In this document: positions 51,255-61,234 of the stretch, piece after piece
How positions within the stretch are numbered: the first letter of the stretch is position 1
Layout: every line of letters starts with the position of its first letter
Origin: Candidatus Poribacteria bacterium
GTDB taxonomy: Bacteria; Poribacteria; WGA-4E; WGA-3G
Assembly: GCA_965242965.1 (NCBI GenBank)
Contig: OZ251518.1
Location: 5,440,001 to 5,504,000, forward strand
Direction: 5' to 3'
Length of the DNA: 64,000 nucleotides
Program-made: the position numbers and the translations under genes
The notes under the pieces: generated by a model
The model's input: only the letters and a program-made list of their open reading frames with translations
Told to the model about the DNA's origin: nothing
The model's database searches: none

Positions 51255-52916
51255 ATGAAAAGATTAACGCTTTTAACTTTGACCTTGGTGTTAACTGCCT
51301 TGGCGCAGTTGAGCACGCCGCCCGTGCAAGCAGAGGTTTCTATTCCGGATGCCGAGTTAGCGGCGGTTATCCGCGAAACCCTGGAGCTGCCAGCAGGCGC
51401 AGCAATCACGGTGGATGCGATGCGCAATTTAACGGAGCTTAAGACAAGCCTCCTTGGGATAGCAGACCTCACCGGGCTGGAGCATGCAGTCAACTTGGAG
51501 GTGCTGGATCTCTGGGGCACCGGTGTATCGGATGTGTCTGCGCTGGAAAACCTGACAAACTTGGAGTGGCTGTATCTCGGCTGGACCGCCGTTTCGGATG
51601 TGTCTGCGCTGGAAAACCTGACAAACTTGGAGTGGCTGCGTCTCGGCGACACCGCCGTTTCGGATGTGTCTGCGCTGGAAAACCTGACAAACTTGGTGGA
51701 GCTGGCTCTCAGCGGCACCGCCGTTTCGGATGTGTCTGCGCTGGAAAACCTGACAAACTTGGAGGTGCTGTGGCTCAGCTTCACCGATGTCTCGGATGTG
51801 TCGCCCTTGCTAGGGTTGAGTCTGCCCGGAGATTGGACCGGCAAAGGGCTGACTCTCTGGGACTGCCTGCTAAGTTACGCCTCTATCCACACGCATATTC
51901 CTGCCTTGCAGGCGAAGGGGATAGAGGTGGGATTCGACAACGTCGCGCATCCTGCTTTGTTGAAAGTCTCTGGGGATGGGCAAGAGGGCGCGGGTGCAAC
52001 AGCGTTGCCAAATCCTTTTGTCGTGGAGGCGATGGATGAGCACGGTGAGCCGATAGTCGGCAGGATAGTCGAATTTGATATCCTTGGCGGCGGTGGGAGT
52101 CTCAGTGCTGAAACGGTGGAGACAGATGCGCAAGGGAACGCGCGGGTAACTCTCACGCTTGGTAGTTCTCAAGGCGTAAATAAGGTCAGGGCATCTTCGG
52201 AGGGGATTCGGTCTTGGGTGTTGTTTACTGCTGTTGGGACAGGAGATGCACCGCCACGCGTTGCGGATATGAATGGGGATGGTGTCGTCAACATTCAGGA
52301 TTTGGTGCTGGTTGCCGGTCAGTTCGGGAAAACGGGTGAGCACGGTGCGGATGTGAATGGGGATGGTGTTGTTAATATTCAGGATCTGGTGTTGGTTGCG
52401 GGTGCGTTTGGGGAAGACGCGGCTGCGCCGTCGGCGGGCGCGGTTTCGCGGGCGCGTTTGACGGTATCGGATGTGGAGGAATGGCTAATTGAAGCGCGGG
52501 CATCGATTCGTTCCGGCTCGGGCGATCCCGAACTACAGATAGGGAGTGCATCGGGACCGGGAGGTCTATCCCACCGGCGTGGGATTGCGGTGTTGGAGCA
52601 GCTCCTCGCCAGCCTCATGCCAAAGGAGACGGCACTGCTTGCCAATTATCCGAATCCGTTCAATCCGGAGACGTGGATACCGTATGAATTAGCAAAGACT
52701 GCCGAAGTCACGGTCTCCCTCCATGCGTCGGATGGGAAACTCGTCCGCACGCTAACGTTAGGGCAAATGCCTGCCGGTGTGTATCAAGGGAAAAACCGTG
52801 CGGCGTATTGGGATGGCCGGAATGCGCAGGGTGAGCCTGTTGCAAGTGGCGTGTATTTCTACACGTTGCAGGCAGGAGAGTTTTCTGCGACGCGGAAGAT
52901 GGTGATTCGGAAGTAA
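51255..52916 (+). CDS. secreted LRR protein with Ig-like, dockerin-like and FlgD/T9SS-like C-terminal domains
   Basis: Signal peptide; 22-aa LRRs (66-bp DNA repeats); two DxNGDGVVNIQDLV; NYPNPFNPETWIPY...YWDGRN. Confidence 0.88.
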   Translation: MKRLTLLTLTLVLTALAQLSTPPVQAEVSIPDAELAAVIRETLELPAGAAITVDAMRNLTELKTSLLGIADLTGLEHAVNLEVLDLWGTGVSDVSALENLTNLEWLYLGWTAVSDVSALENLTNLEWLRLGDTAVSDVSALENLTNLVELALSGTAVSDVSALENLTNLEVLWLSFTDVSDVSPLLGLSLPGDWTGKGLTLWDCLLSYASIHTHIPALQAKGIEVGFDNVAHPALLKVSGDGQEGAGATALPNPFVVEAMDEHGEPIVGRIVEFDILGGGGSLSAETVETDAQGNARVTLTLGSSQGVNKVRASSEGIRSWVLFTAVGTGDAPPRVADMNGDGVVNIQDLVLVAGQFGKTGEHGADVNGDGVVNIQDLVLVAGAFGEDAAAPSAGAVSRARLTVSDVEEWLIEARASIRSGSGDPELQIGSASGPGGLSHRRGIAVLEQLLASLMPKETALLANYPNPFNPETWIPYELAKTAEVTVSLHASDGKLVRTLTLGQMPAGVYQGKNRAAYWDGRNAQGEPVASGVYFYTLQAGEFSATRKMVIRK

Positions 52917-52930
52917 AAAACCGTTCCCGT

Positions 52931-53490
52931 TCACCGTAGGGCGAGGGCCTGTCCCTCGCCGTGCGTCGGTCGTGACAGCAAACATCCGTGGTCTCTCGGT
53001 TGCGGGCGTTTTCTGCCTAGGTCGGTAGATAGCGAGGGACAGGTAATTTGCCTCGTCTCTGTAGGTCCAGATCGCCCGATCTTGACCCGTTCGGGATCAG
53101 GATCCCGAACTACAGTCACTGGGGCACGCGGGCGATCGCGGGGGACAGGCCCCCGCGCTACGGGAAGAAATAGGCAATCGCCGCCTCGCACGTAGGGCGA
53201 GGGCCTGTCCCTCGCCGTGCGTCGGTCGTGACAGCAAACATCCGTGGTCTCTCGGTTGCGGGCGTTTTTCGCAGCGGTTGAGAGATCGCGGGGGACAGGC
53301 CCCCGCGCTACGGTAAGAAATAGGCAATCGCCACATGGCACGTAGGGCGAGGGCCTGTCCCTCGCCATGCCCCGGTCGTGACAGCAAACGGCCGTGGTCT
53401 CTGGGTTGTGGACCTTTTCCGCAGGGGTTGAGAGATCGCGGGGGACAGGCCCCCGCGCTACGGTAAGAAAGATGATTTGCCTCGCCAAGA
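52931..53490. repeat. tandem composite REP units
   Basis: Three related units, each bounded by GTAGGGCGAGGGCCTGTCCCTCGCC and an inverted partner. Confidence 0.8.
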
Positions 53491-53606
53491 GGTTCCTAAT
53501 CTTGTAAATCTTGTAAATCCTGCTAATCCTGCTTCAGACAATTAAGAGCGCGGAGGACAGGTCCCCGTGCTACGAACTACGAAGGTCCAAGCCAAATAGC
53601 GGGCGA

Positions 53607-54338
53607 ATGGTGGAGGATTACACATTGAAAGACAGACTCGACAAACTCATTATCGCTTTGGATACCGATGATAGAGAGAAAATTGAACGGATATCCAAAT
53701 CGGTTATTGAAATGAAGGTGTCGTGGGTGAAAATTGGATTTCAGGCGTTTACCGCCGTTGGCAGCGAAGGATTTGAATCCCTCTGCCAGAATAGGCATCG
53801 CATTTTTCTCGACCTGAAGTTTCACGACATTCCAAACACGGTGGCGCGGGATGTCGGCACCATGACGAAACGGGGCGCGCACATGATTAACATGCACGCC
53901 GCCGGTGGCATTGAGATGATGCAGGCGGCGAGGACCAGCGCGGATGACGCTTCCTCTGGGAACTCCTGTCCTATCTTACTCGGCGTGACAATGCTCACCA
54001 GCATTGATGAACCCGGTTTTCAGACAACTTTCGGTTCTGAGCGGCAACTCACAGAACAAGTGGTTCATCTCGCCAGACAGACACAAGAGTCCGGATTGGA
54101 CGGAGTCGTCGCATCGCCGCTAGAAATTGAAGCGATTCGGGAGGCATGCGGCGACGATTTTGTGATCGTCACACCCGGTATTCGGCCGAAATGGGCCGCT
54201 ACAGGAGATCAGCGTCGATTCACAACGCCGGCGGAGGCGATTAACCGGGGTGCGGACTACATCGTTGTCGGCAGACCGGTTTTGGAAGCGGCAGACCCGG
54301 GGGAAGCCATCGAAAAAATCCTTGACGAAATGGTTTGA
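53607..54338 (+). CDS. pyrF: orotidine-5'-phosphate decarboxylase
   Basis: IFLDLKFHDIPNT, VTPGIRP, VVGRP. Confidence 0.95.
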   Translation: MVEDYTLKDRLDKLIIALDTDDREKIERISKSVIEMKVSWVKIGFQAFTAVGSEGFESLCQNRHRIFLDLKFHDIPNTVARDVGTMTKRGAHMINMHAAGGIEMMQAARTSADDASSGNSCPILLGVTMLTSIDEPGFQTTFGSERQLTEQVVHLARQTQESGLDGVVASPLEIEAIREACGDDFVIVTPGIRPKWAATGDQRRFTTPAEAINRGADYIVVGRPVLEAADPGEAIEKILDEMV

Positions 54339-54395
54339 GAAAAGGTAGAATGCCGATAAAACCGCATAGCGGCTTTATGTCTATAGAGGTTAACC

Positions 54396-55835
54396 ATGAA
54401 CCTAATCTGTATCTGCTTAGACACGTTTCGCGCCGACATCATCGGCAGCGGGAAGAAGTTCAGCCACGCGCGAACGCCGAACCTTGACGCGCTTGCATCC
54501 GAGAGCGTCCGATTTACGCGTGCCTTTGGTGAAGGCCAACCGACGCTGCAAGTCCGCCGCGCGAATTTCACGGGGATGCGCAGTTTCCCGTGGAAATATA
54601 ACTTTGACCGGCGCGGGCATTGGCATCACGCCCCCGGCTGGCATAAGATTCCACCCGAACAGGATACGCTCGCCGAAGTGTTGCTGGAACGCGGGTATCT
54701 CACCGCGCTCATCGCCGATACGTATCACATGTTCAAACCGACGATGAACTTCTCGCGCGGCTTCGCGCATTTCGATTTCATCAGGGGACAAGAATCGGAT
54801 AATTGGCGCAGCGGCGACCCGAGGTTGATTGAAGCGCAACTCCGGGAGCACGTGCGGGAACCGCTGAATTGGCGGCGGCACGCCGGTTTAGTCAACTATC
54901 TGCTTTGCCAACGCCACCGCAAATCGGAAGATGATTACAGTTGTGCGCGCGTCTTCCGAGCGGCATCCGATTGGCTTGACGATAATCACACCGCCGGTCC
55001 TTTCTTCCTGTGGGTGGATAGTTTCGACCCGCATGAACCGTGGGATCCGCCCAAACCCTACGCCGATTTCTACTTCCCGGATTATGAAGGAAAAGATTTC
55101 ATCACGCCGGGCAGCGCAAACGAAGGCGAGGGGCCCACCGAAGCGGAACTCCGCCGCATCGAGGCACTCTATCTCGGCGAGGTGACGTTCGTGGATAAGT
55201 GGGTAGGCGCGCTGCTTGACAAGATAGACACGCTGAATCTTCGCGATGACACCATCGTCGTGTTGATGTCCGACCACGGGACGCAACTCCGCGATCACGG
55301 AAGCTTCGGTAAAGGGGCGAACAAACTGCATCCGTTCAATACGCAGCTCAACCTGATGATTCGGCATCCGAATGGCCCGAGGGAGCTCGAGGTCTCCGCC
55401 TTCGTCCAAAATCACGATCTGATGCCGACGCTTCTGAATCAACTCGGAATTCCGTGCGGTTGGACAGATGGCGAGGATATGTGGCCGCTCGTTACACAGG
55501 AGAAAGCGTTCTTGCGCGAACGGATTATCACCGGATGGGCTGGGTTTATTACCGGCAATGCGCGCGGGCGCGTCAGCGTGCGCGATAACCGTTGGAATTT
55601 CTGCACCTCTGTCGGTTATCGCGATGAGAAAGGCGATGAACTGTTTAATATACGGAAAGATCCGGAGGAGAAAGTCAACGTCGCGAGCGAGCATCCATCG
55701 GTTGTTGCGGAACGCCGGCGGGATGTGGAAGCGTTGATTGGGCAGCCGTTGCCGGGGCATTTCATTGAAGTGTGCGACCCGGGGCATGCACCGATGACGC
55801 GGTGGCTGCAGGGGAAGTTGGCGGAGATGTCCTAA
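54396..55835 (+). CDS. sulfatase-like hydrolase
   Basis: DTFRAD, TPNLD, FDPHEPWDPP, SDHG; catalytic motif atypical (PTLQVRR). Confidence 0.85.
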   Translation: MNLICICLDTFRADIIGSGKKFSHARTPNLDALASESVRFTRAFGEGQPTLQVRRANFTGMRSFPWKYNFDRRGHWHHAPGWHKIPPEQDTLAEVLLERGYLTALIADTYHMFKPTMNFSRGFAHFDFIRGQESDNWRSGDPRLIEAQLREHVREPLNWRRHAGLVNYLLCQRHRKSEDDYSCARVFRAASDWLDDNHTAGPFFLWVDSFDPHEPWDPPKPYADFYFPDYEGKDFITPGSANEGEGPTEAELRRIEALYLGEVTFVDKWVGALLDKIDTLNLRDDTIVVLMSDHGTQLRDHGSFGKGANKLHPFNTQLNLMIRHPNGPRELEVSAFVQNHDLMPTLLNQLGIPCGWTDGEDMWPLVTQEKAFLRERIITGWAGFITGNARGRVSVRDNRWNFCTSVGYRDEKGDELFNIRKDPEEKVNVASEHPSVVAERRRDVEALIGQPLPGHFIEVCDPGHAPMTRWLQGKLAEMS

Positions 55836-55892
55836 AGTTTGGATATTTTGCGTCCGGCTAGTTCACTGCTTATATCGAATGGGGATGAAAAG

Positions 55893-56297
55893 ATGAATAA
55901 GCACAGAATCGTGGCAGACTTCCACAACGCTGATGAACAAGGAAGGCTCCGTCTGACGTGCATTGGGACAATTCGAGATGTAGCAAAACTCGGTATCGGC
56001 CTACATGATGGGATGGAATTGGTTCTGGTTGACGATGATCTGGAAGTTGATAGCATCGTTGAATGGAATCCTGATGAAGCCTGTTGGGTTGCCGCGATTG
56101 ACTGGGACGCGATACGGGATGTGCCGATGCCTGAAACACGAAGGAACGTTGCCAGCTCGTTCTGGTTCTGTAGCAGCCCCGGTCCCGATGGCGGCATCAC
56201 CGGTTTCCTCGCGTTAACGTTGACGCAAGGCATCGCGAAAAATCCTGCTCTTTCCCTTGGCAAAACCGAGGATTCAGGATTTGGAAAAGTTGGTTGA
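55893..56297 (+). CDS. hypothetical protein
   Basis: MNKHRIVADFHNADEQGRLRL...WVAAIDW; the C-terminal third may be non-native. Confidence 0.55.
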   Translation: MNKHRIVADFHNADEQGRLRLTCIGTIRDVAKLGIGLHDGMELVLVDDDLEVDSIVEWNPDEACWVAAIDWDAIRDVPMPETRRNVASSFWFCSSPGPDGGITGFLALTLTQGIAKNPALSLGKTEDSGFGKVG

Positions 56298-56332
56298 CAT
56301 CATCTCACGAAAAGTGGTATAATAATTCTATC

Positions 56333-57277
56333 ATGACACAATATGACGATGCAGCAAAATATCATCTGCTGCAAAACGCTGACACCCTCCTCCCGTATCT
56401 GCAGGATGCACCGAACCTGAAAGTGCTGCGGCGGCTGGATACGCAGCAGCCGACGTTGAAAACGCGGCATGCCGATAGCACGTGGGAGATAAGCGTTGAT
56501 GGAGAGGAGGGCATTTCGCATGTGGAAGTGCAGACGCATAATAGTCCGGAGCCGATGCCGTTCCGCGTGGCGGGGTATCACGGTTTCCTCATTGGGGAGC
56601 ATAAGAAGCCGGTGTATAGCACGGTTATCTACTTGCATGCCAAGGCGGGGCGGAATGACCCGGGTGGTTATGGTTATGAGTGGCATGGGCAGCCGTGTTA
56701 TCTGCTGACATATCGAGTAGTGCGTCTGATTGAGCTGGACGGCCCCTCGGTGTTGGAATTGCAGGCCCCGGGCTTGATGCCGTTTACGCCGTTGATGCGT
56801 CCCCCCGATGGGATGAGCGCGGAACGATGGTTGCAAGAGTGTATTGATGCAACCTCCTCGCTGTCTGTCAGTGTGGCGCATCGGCACGACTTGCTGGCAC
56901 TTCTGAGTATCTTCGGGAAATTGGGTTACGACGAGTCACTGATAATGAAGTCAGTGAAGGAGGACATGGTGAACGAATCACTTGTTTTTCAACGCTATGC
57001 CAAACGCTATGCCGAGAGCTATGCTGAAAGCTATGCCGAGGCGGCGATAAAACCGGCGGTTGAGGAAGCACTTGCGCGCGGCATTGAGGAAGGCGAGCGG
57101 AATGCCACGATTGGGACTATCCTCAGTTTCCTTGAAGCGCGTTTTCAGACAACGTCAGTGCATTCCTTAAGACCGCTGCTTGAAACGATTGACGACATGG
57201 AGCGACTCAAGCAGCTGGCTCCTGCCGCCGCGTCGGCAGAGAACCTGGAGACGTTCCTAGAGGCACTCGGCCGCTAA
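56333..57277 (+). CDS. Rpn/YhgA-like PD-(D/E)XK protein
   Basis: RHADS...HVEVQT...MPFR, VIYL, YRVVRL, C-terminal GIEEGER; TTGACA/TATAAT promoter just upstream (near-leaderless). Confidence 0.8.
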   Translation: MTQYDDAAKYHLLQNADTLLPYLQDAPNLKVLRRLDTQQPTLKTRHADSTWEISVDGEEGISHVEVQTHNSPEPMPFRVAGYHGFLIGEHKKPVYSTVIYLHAKAGRNDPGGYGYEWHGQPCYLLTYRVVRLIELDGPSVLELQAPGLMPFTPLMRPPDGMSAERWLQECIDATSSLSVSVAHRHDLLALLSIFGKLGYDESLIMKSVKEDMVNESLVFQRYAKRYAESYAESYAEAAIKPAVEEALARGIEEGERNATIGTILSFLEARFQTTSVHSLRPLLETIDDMERLKQLAPAAASAENLETFLEALGR

Positions 57278-57418
57278 CTTGTCGCTTTGTTCTTAAAGCG
57301 GCAACCGAAGAAAATCCCGATGCAGGAGAATGGGGGTTCTTCGCGAACCGAAGAAGGCGAGAGTCCGAGCGTTCTTGCCTTCTTTGTCTCCTGCCCCGGG
57401 ACCTGCAACATCTCGGCC

Positions 57419-57535
57419 GGGATGAGCGCGCCGCGGTGGTTGCAAGCGTGCATTGATGCAACATCCTTGCTGTCTGTAAGCGTGGCACATCGGCACGACT
57501 TGCTAGCACTTCTCAGCGTGTTTGGAAGGTTAGGT
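57419..57535 (+). pseudogene. fragment of an Rpn paralog
   Basis: 117-bp diverged copy of 56810-56926, cut at a MITE TIR. Confidence 0.75.
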
Positions 57536-57834
57536 GAGGGTGTTTCATATATCGCTCAACGTCGCGGGGACAGGCCCCCGCGCTACGGTGAAAAAACGCC
57601 GCCCCTTCACGTAGGGCGGTGGGAAAACCTGTCCCTCTCTATGTGTTTTGCTATCAAACCTCATCATCCCTATAGTTCAGGATCGTCTGAAGCTCTGGCA
57701 TGTTGGTTTCCAAGCGATCCTGACCCGTTCGGGATCGGGCACTTCCGAACTACAGCGGTGGGCCCGATGCCTGCCGGTATTCGCCCTCCCCCCAAGGCGG
57801 GATAAATACCGAAACGGAATTATGAAACACCCTC
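57536..57834. mobile_element. MITE copy
   Basis: GAGGGTGTTTCATA...TATGAAACACCCTC; closely related to 2256-2520; flanks differ. Confidence 0.8.
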
Positions 57835-57837
57835 ACT

Positions 57838-58014
57838 TTAGTACGACAGTTGGCGTTGGGACATCAACCTGCCGGTGTCTATCGGATTCGGAGTCGTGCG
57901 GCGTATTGGGATGGGAGGAATGAATTGGGAGAACGCGTTGCCAGTGGGATGTATTTCTATACACTTACAGCAGACGATTTCTCGACGACCGGGAAAATGC
58001 TGATGCGGAAGTAA
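57838..58014 (+). pseudogene. orphan C-terminal fragment of a FlgD/T9SS-tail protein
   Basis: LVRQLALGHQPAGVY...AAYWDGRNELGERVASGMYFYTL...KMLMRK*, homologous to the end of 51255..52916; no start. Confidence 0.8.
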
Positions 58015-58133
58015 TTCAAGGGCGTTTCGTTGTGACGGTAACGCATCTCTCTGCAACACGTTTCAATCGGAAGACCGCGGCGGACAGCCCCCGCGCGCCG
58101 GTTTCGGAAACCTTCCTAATGGAGGTGCAATTC

Positions 58134-58748
58134 ATGGTTTTTAGTGATTTCAAGAAAATTTCTGAAGTGCAAGAAACGTTTGATATCATCTATGTGGAAG
58201 ATGACTTCGTCAAGGTTCAAGAGGCAGAACCTTCGGAACAATTCCTGCAAGACTTTGAGTGGACGAGACAGAACCTGAACGTCTTCGTCTCCGAGGCATC
58301 GCGATGTGAGGCGATCATCTTTCCCGTTTTGAAAGAGAACTATAAGGCATACGCCGATAACTACGAACTCTGGATTGGGACATCCATCGCCTACGACGAG
58401 ACCTTGAATGGAACGCCGGATTACCTCATTTCTACTCGCTCTCGATTAGGTAAGACAGTGGTTGGAAAGCCGTTGATAATTCTGGTTGAGGCGAAGTGGA
58501 ACGATTTTGACCGGGGATGGGGACAATGTCTCGCGGAGTTGGTAGCTGCGCAGAAGATGAACAACGACGCGGATTTTCCCGTGTATGGCATTGTCACCGA
58601 TGGCAATTTGTGGCAATTTGGGCGGCTTGTCGGTGACACCTTTGCCCAAAACCGCGCAGATTTTACGTTGGCGAATCTGCCACTGCTGTTTGGCGCAGTG
58701 AAGGCTGTGTTCAAAGCCGCAACTGAGTCTTCATGCAATACGGCGTGA
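58134..58748 (+). CDS. restriction-endonuclease-fold (PD-(D/E)XK) hypothetical protein
   Basis: GTPDY...VEAK...GQCLAEL...YGIVTDGNLWQF; GGAGG RBS. Confidence 0.75.
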   Translation: MVFSDFKKISEVQETFDIIYVEDDFVKVQEAEPSEQFLQDFEWTRQNLNVFVSEASRCEAIIFPVLKENYKAYADNYELWIGTSIAYDETLNGTPDYLISTRSRLGKTVVGKPLIILVEAKWNDFDRGWGQCLAELVAAQKMNNDADFPVYGIVTDGNLWQFGRLVGDTFAQNRADFTLANLPLLFGAVKAVFKAATESSCNTA

Positions 58749-58883
58749 GGGAGCGTGTTCGCATCAAAATTGGACATTTTCTGCGACAATATGCTATACT
58801 ACTCTCAACGTTGGAGTATCGCGACCGGGAGGGCTCTCCTACCGGTGGCGACACTATCAGAATAAGAACGGAGGCGAATTTTC

Positions 58884-59912
58884 ATGAAACAGATTTGCTC
58901 AATAGCAGCGTGGCTTCTCGTTATCGGGGTGATGCTGCACGGCATCGCGAATGGTTACGCCGATAAGCATCAGGCAGAAGAAAAGCCGTTTAAGGTTGCA
59001 ATGCTGCTGTCTGCTTCCATCGATGACCAGGGTTGGACAACGATGGGATATGAGGGGCTCAAAGCCATTGAAAAGGAGCTCGGCGCGGAGATTGCCTACG
59101 TTGAGAACATTAAACCTGCCGCCCAAGCGGCGCAGTTTCGGGCATTCGCGCAGAAAGGGTATCAGCTCATCTTCGGGCACGGATACGAATATCAAGCGAC
59201 AGCGAAAAGCGTTGCGGTAAATTTTCCTGATACTATCTTTGTGAATACTTCGGGGAGCATCGCTGTCGCACCGAATCTGGCCCCCATCGACTCGCGCGCC
59301 GAAGGTGCTACCTATCTCTTGGGCATCATTGCTGGCGCGATGACGAAAAGTGGTAAAATCGGTGTGCTCGGTGGACGCAATGTCCCGTCTATTAATAGCA
59401 CGTTTGTCGCGTTTGAGGCAGGCGCGAAAAGTGTCAACCCCGATGTCAACGTGCAATGGAATTACGTCGGCGATTGGGTGAACCGAGACAGAGCGAAGGA
59501 GATAACCCTCTTGCGGATTAAAGAGGGGTTTGACTTTTTCTTTCACAACGCCGATATAGCGGCACGCGGCATGTATGAAGCGGCGGAAATCGCGCAAGCC
59601 GTCGGGAAACAGGTTTGGACGTTCGGTTCCAACCGCGCGCAGCATGAAGTCTCGCCGACGACAATTTTGGCGAGTTCTGTCATCAAATCATCTCTCTTTG
59701 TGCATATCGCCAGAGATGTCAAGAACGGCACTTTTGAGCCGAAGCCTTATGTCTTCACAATGACGAAAGGCGGCGCGATTGAGATGCGCTATAATCCGAA
59801 GTTGAAGGATAAAGTGCCTGCAGAAGTGCAAAAGCAGGTTGCGGCGGCGGAAAAGCAAATCCTCGCTGGCACGCTGGAAGTGCCGCAAATCGATTTTGCG
59901 AATAACGAATAA
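58884..59912 (+). CDS. BMP family ABC substrate-binding protein
   Basis: SIDDQGW, LIFGHGYEY, YLLGIIAG, GAKSVNP. Confidence 0.88.
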   Translation: MKQICSIAAWLLVIGVMLHGIANGYADKHQAEEKPFKVAMLLSASIDDQGWTTMGYEGLKAIEKELGAEIAYVENIKPAAQAAQFRAFAQKGYQLIFGHGYEYQATAKSVAVNFPDTIFVNTSGSIAVAPNLAPIDSRAEGATYLLGIIAGAMTKSGKIGVLGGRNVPSINSTFVAFEAGAKSVNPDVNVQWNYVGDWVNRDRAKEITLLRIKEGFDFFFHNADIAARGMYEAAEIAQAVGKQVWTFGSNRAQHEVSPTTILASSVIKSSLFVHIARDVKNGTFEPKPYVFTMTKGGAIEMRYNPKLKDKVPAEVQKQVAAAEKQILAGTLEVPQIDFANNE

Positions 59913-59975
59913 AAAACGTGCCGGTGAGCGCGGACTCAAACCGCGCCTATCGGTTCACCAGAAGGAAAACATTAC

Positions 59976-60995
59976 ATGAAACATAAACATTGGATGTCTA
60001 TCTGTCTTCTCACGCTCGGGGTGCTGCTCTTCGGCGGCGCGAATGTTGACGCTGATGGCCATAAGGCGAAGGAATTCAAAGTAGCGATGCTTCTGCCTGC
60101 CTCTATCAGCGATGCCGGGTGGAACGCGCTGGCTTACGATGGGCTGAAAGGCATCGAAAAGGAGCTCGGCGCGAAAATCAGTCACGTGGAAAGCCGAACC
60201 CCGGCAGACCAGGAGGAACACTTCCGTGCCTATGCGTTGGATGGGTATCATCTCATCTTCGGGCACGGATACGAATATCAAGATGCTGCGAAGGCAGTCG
60301 CGCCGGATTTCCCTGAAACGGTTTTTATCACCTCGTCGGGTGGCACTATCATGGACAACGTCTCGCCGATTATCTTTCGGCTTGAGCAAGCCGCCTACCT
60401 GTTGGGTGTCATCTCCGGAATGATGACGCAGACAGACAAAATCGGCATTATCGGCGGACAAAACATTCCATCGGTGAATAGCACATTTATGGCGTTTGAA
60501 GGCGGCGTGAAAAGCGTCAACGCTGATGCGGAGGTGCGCCGTGCCTACGTTGGAGACTGGGAAAACATCGGCAAGGCGAAGGAGCTCGCGCTCGCGCAAA
60601 TTCAGGAAGGCATCGATTTTATCTTTCATAACGCCGATGCGGCGGGACGCGGTGTGTTCGATGCGGTAGAGACATCGCAAGCCCAAGGGAAATTTGCCTG
60701 GACGTTCGGTTCTAACCGCGACCAGAGTGAAGTCTCGCCGACGACGGTGCTTGCCAACGCTGTGATTACACCGGGTGCGTTCTTGCAGGTTGCGCGGCTT
60801 GTCAAAGAGGGCACTTTCAAACCGCAGTCTTACGTTTTCACGATGGCGAGCGATGGCGCAATCGCGATGAACTATAACCCGAAATTGAAGGATAAAGTGC
60901 CTGCAGAAGTGCAAAAGAAGGTAGAAGAAGTCAAGAAGGCAATCCTCGCCGGCACCGTGAAAGTCCCGCAAATTGATTTTGAGGATACCGATTGA
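59976..60995 (+). CDS. BMP family ABC substrate-binding protein (tandem paralog)
   Basis: Same motifs; clear paralog of the upstream gene. Confidence 0.88.
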   Translation: MKHKHWMSICLLTLGVLLFGGANVDADGHKAKEFKVAMLLPASISDAGWNALAYDGLKGIEKELGAKISHVESRTPADQEEHFRAYALDGYHLIFGHGYEYQDAAKAVAPDFPETVFITSSGGTIMDNVSPIIFRLEQAAYLLGVISGMMTQTDKIGIIGGQNIPSVNSTFMAFEGGVKSVNADAEVRRAYVGDWENIGKAKELALAQIQEGIDFIFHNADAAGRGVFDAVETSQAQGKFAWTFGSNRDQSEVSPTTVLANAVITPGAFLQVARLVKEGTFKPQSYVFTMASDGAIAMNYNPKLKDKVPAEVQKKVEEVKKAILAGTVKVPQIDFEDTD

Positions 60996-61234
60996 TATCT
61001 GAGTGCCGTAGCGCGAGGGAAACCTGTCCCTCGCGAGGCTCTCAACAACCGTAGCGCGAGGGCTTATCCCTCGCGGTGCTCTCAACAACCGTAGCGCGAG
61101 GGCTTGTCCCTCGCGATGCCTCTCAATACTGAGTGCCGTAGCGCGAGGGCCTGTCCCTCGCGATGCTTCTTGATACCTGATTACCGTAGCGCGAGGGCCT
61201 GCCCCTCGCGAAGCCTCAACGGAGGATTGGCCCC

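Noticed and set aside
51490-51800. 66-bp repeats as CRISPR or DGR template/variable repeats
   Set aside because: They are in-frame LRR coding repeats; no RT and no adenine-specific variation.
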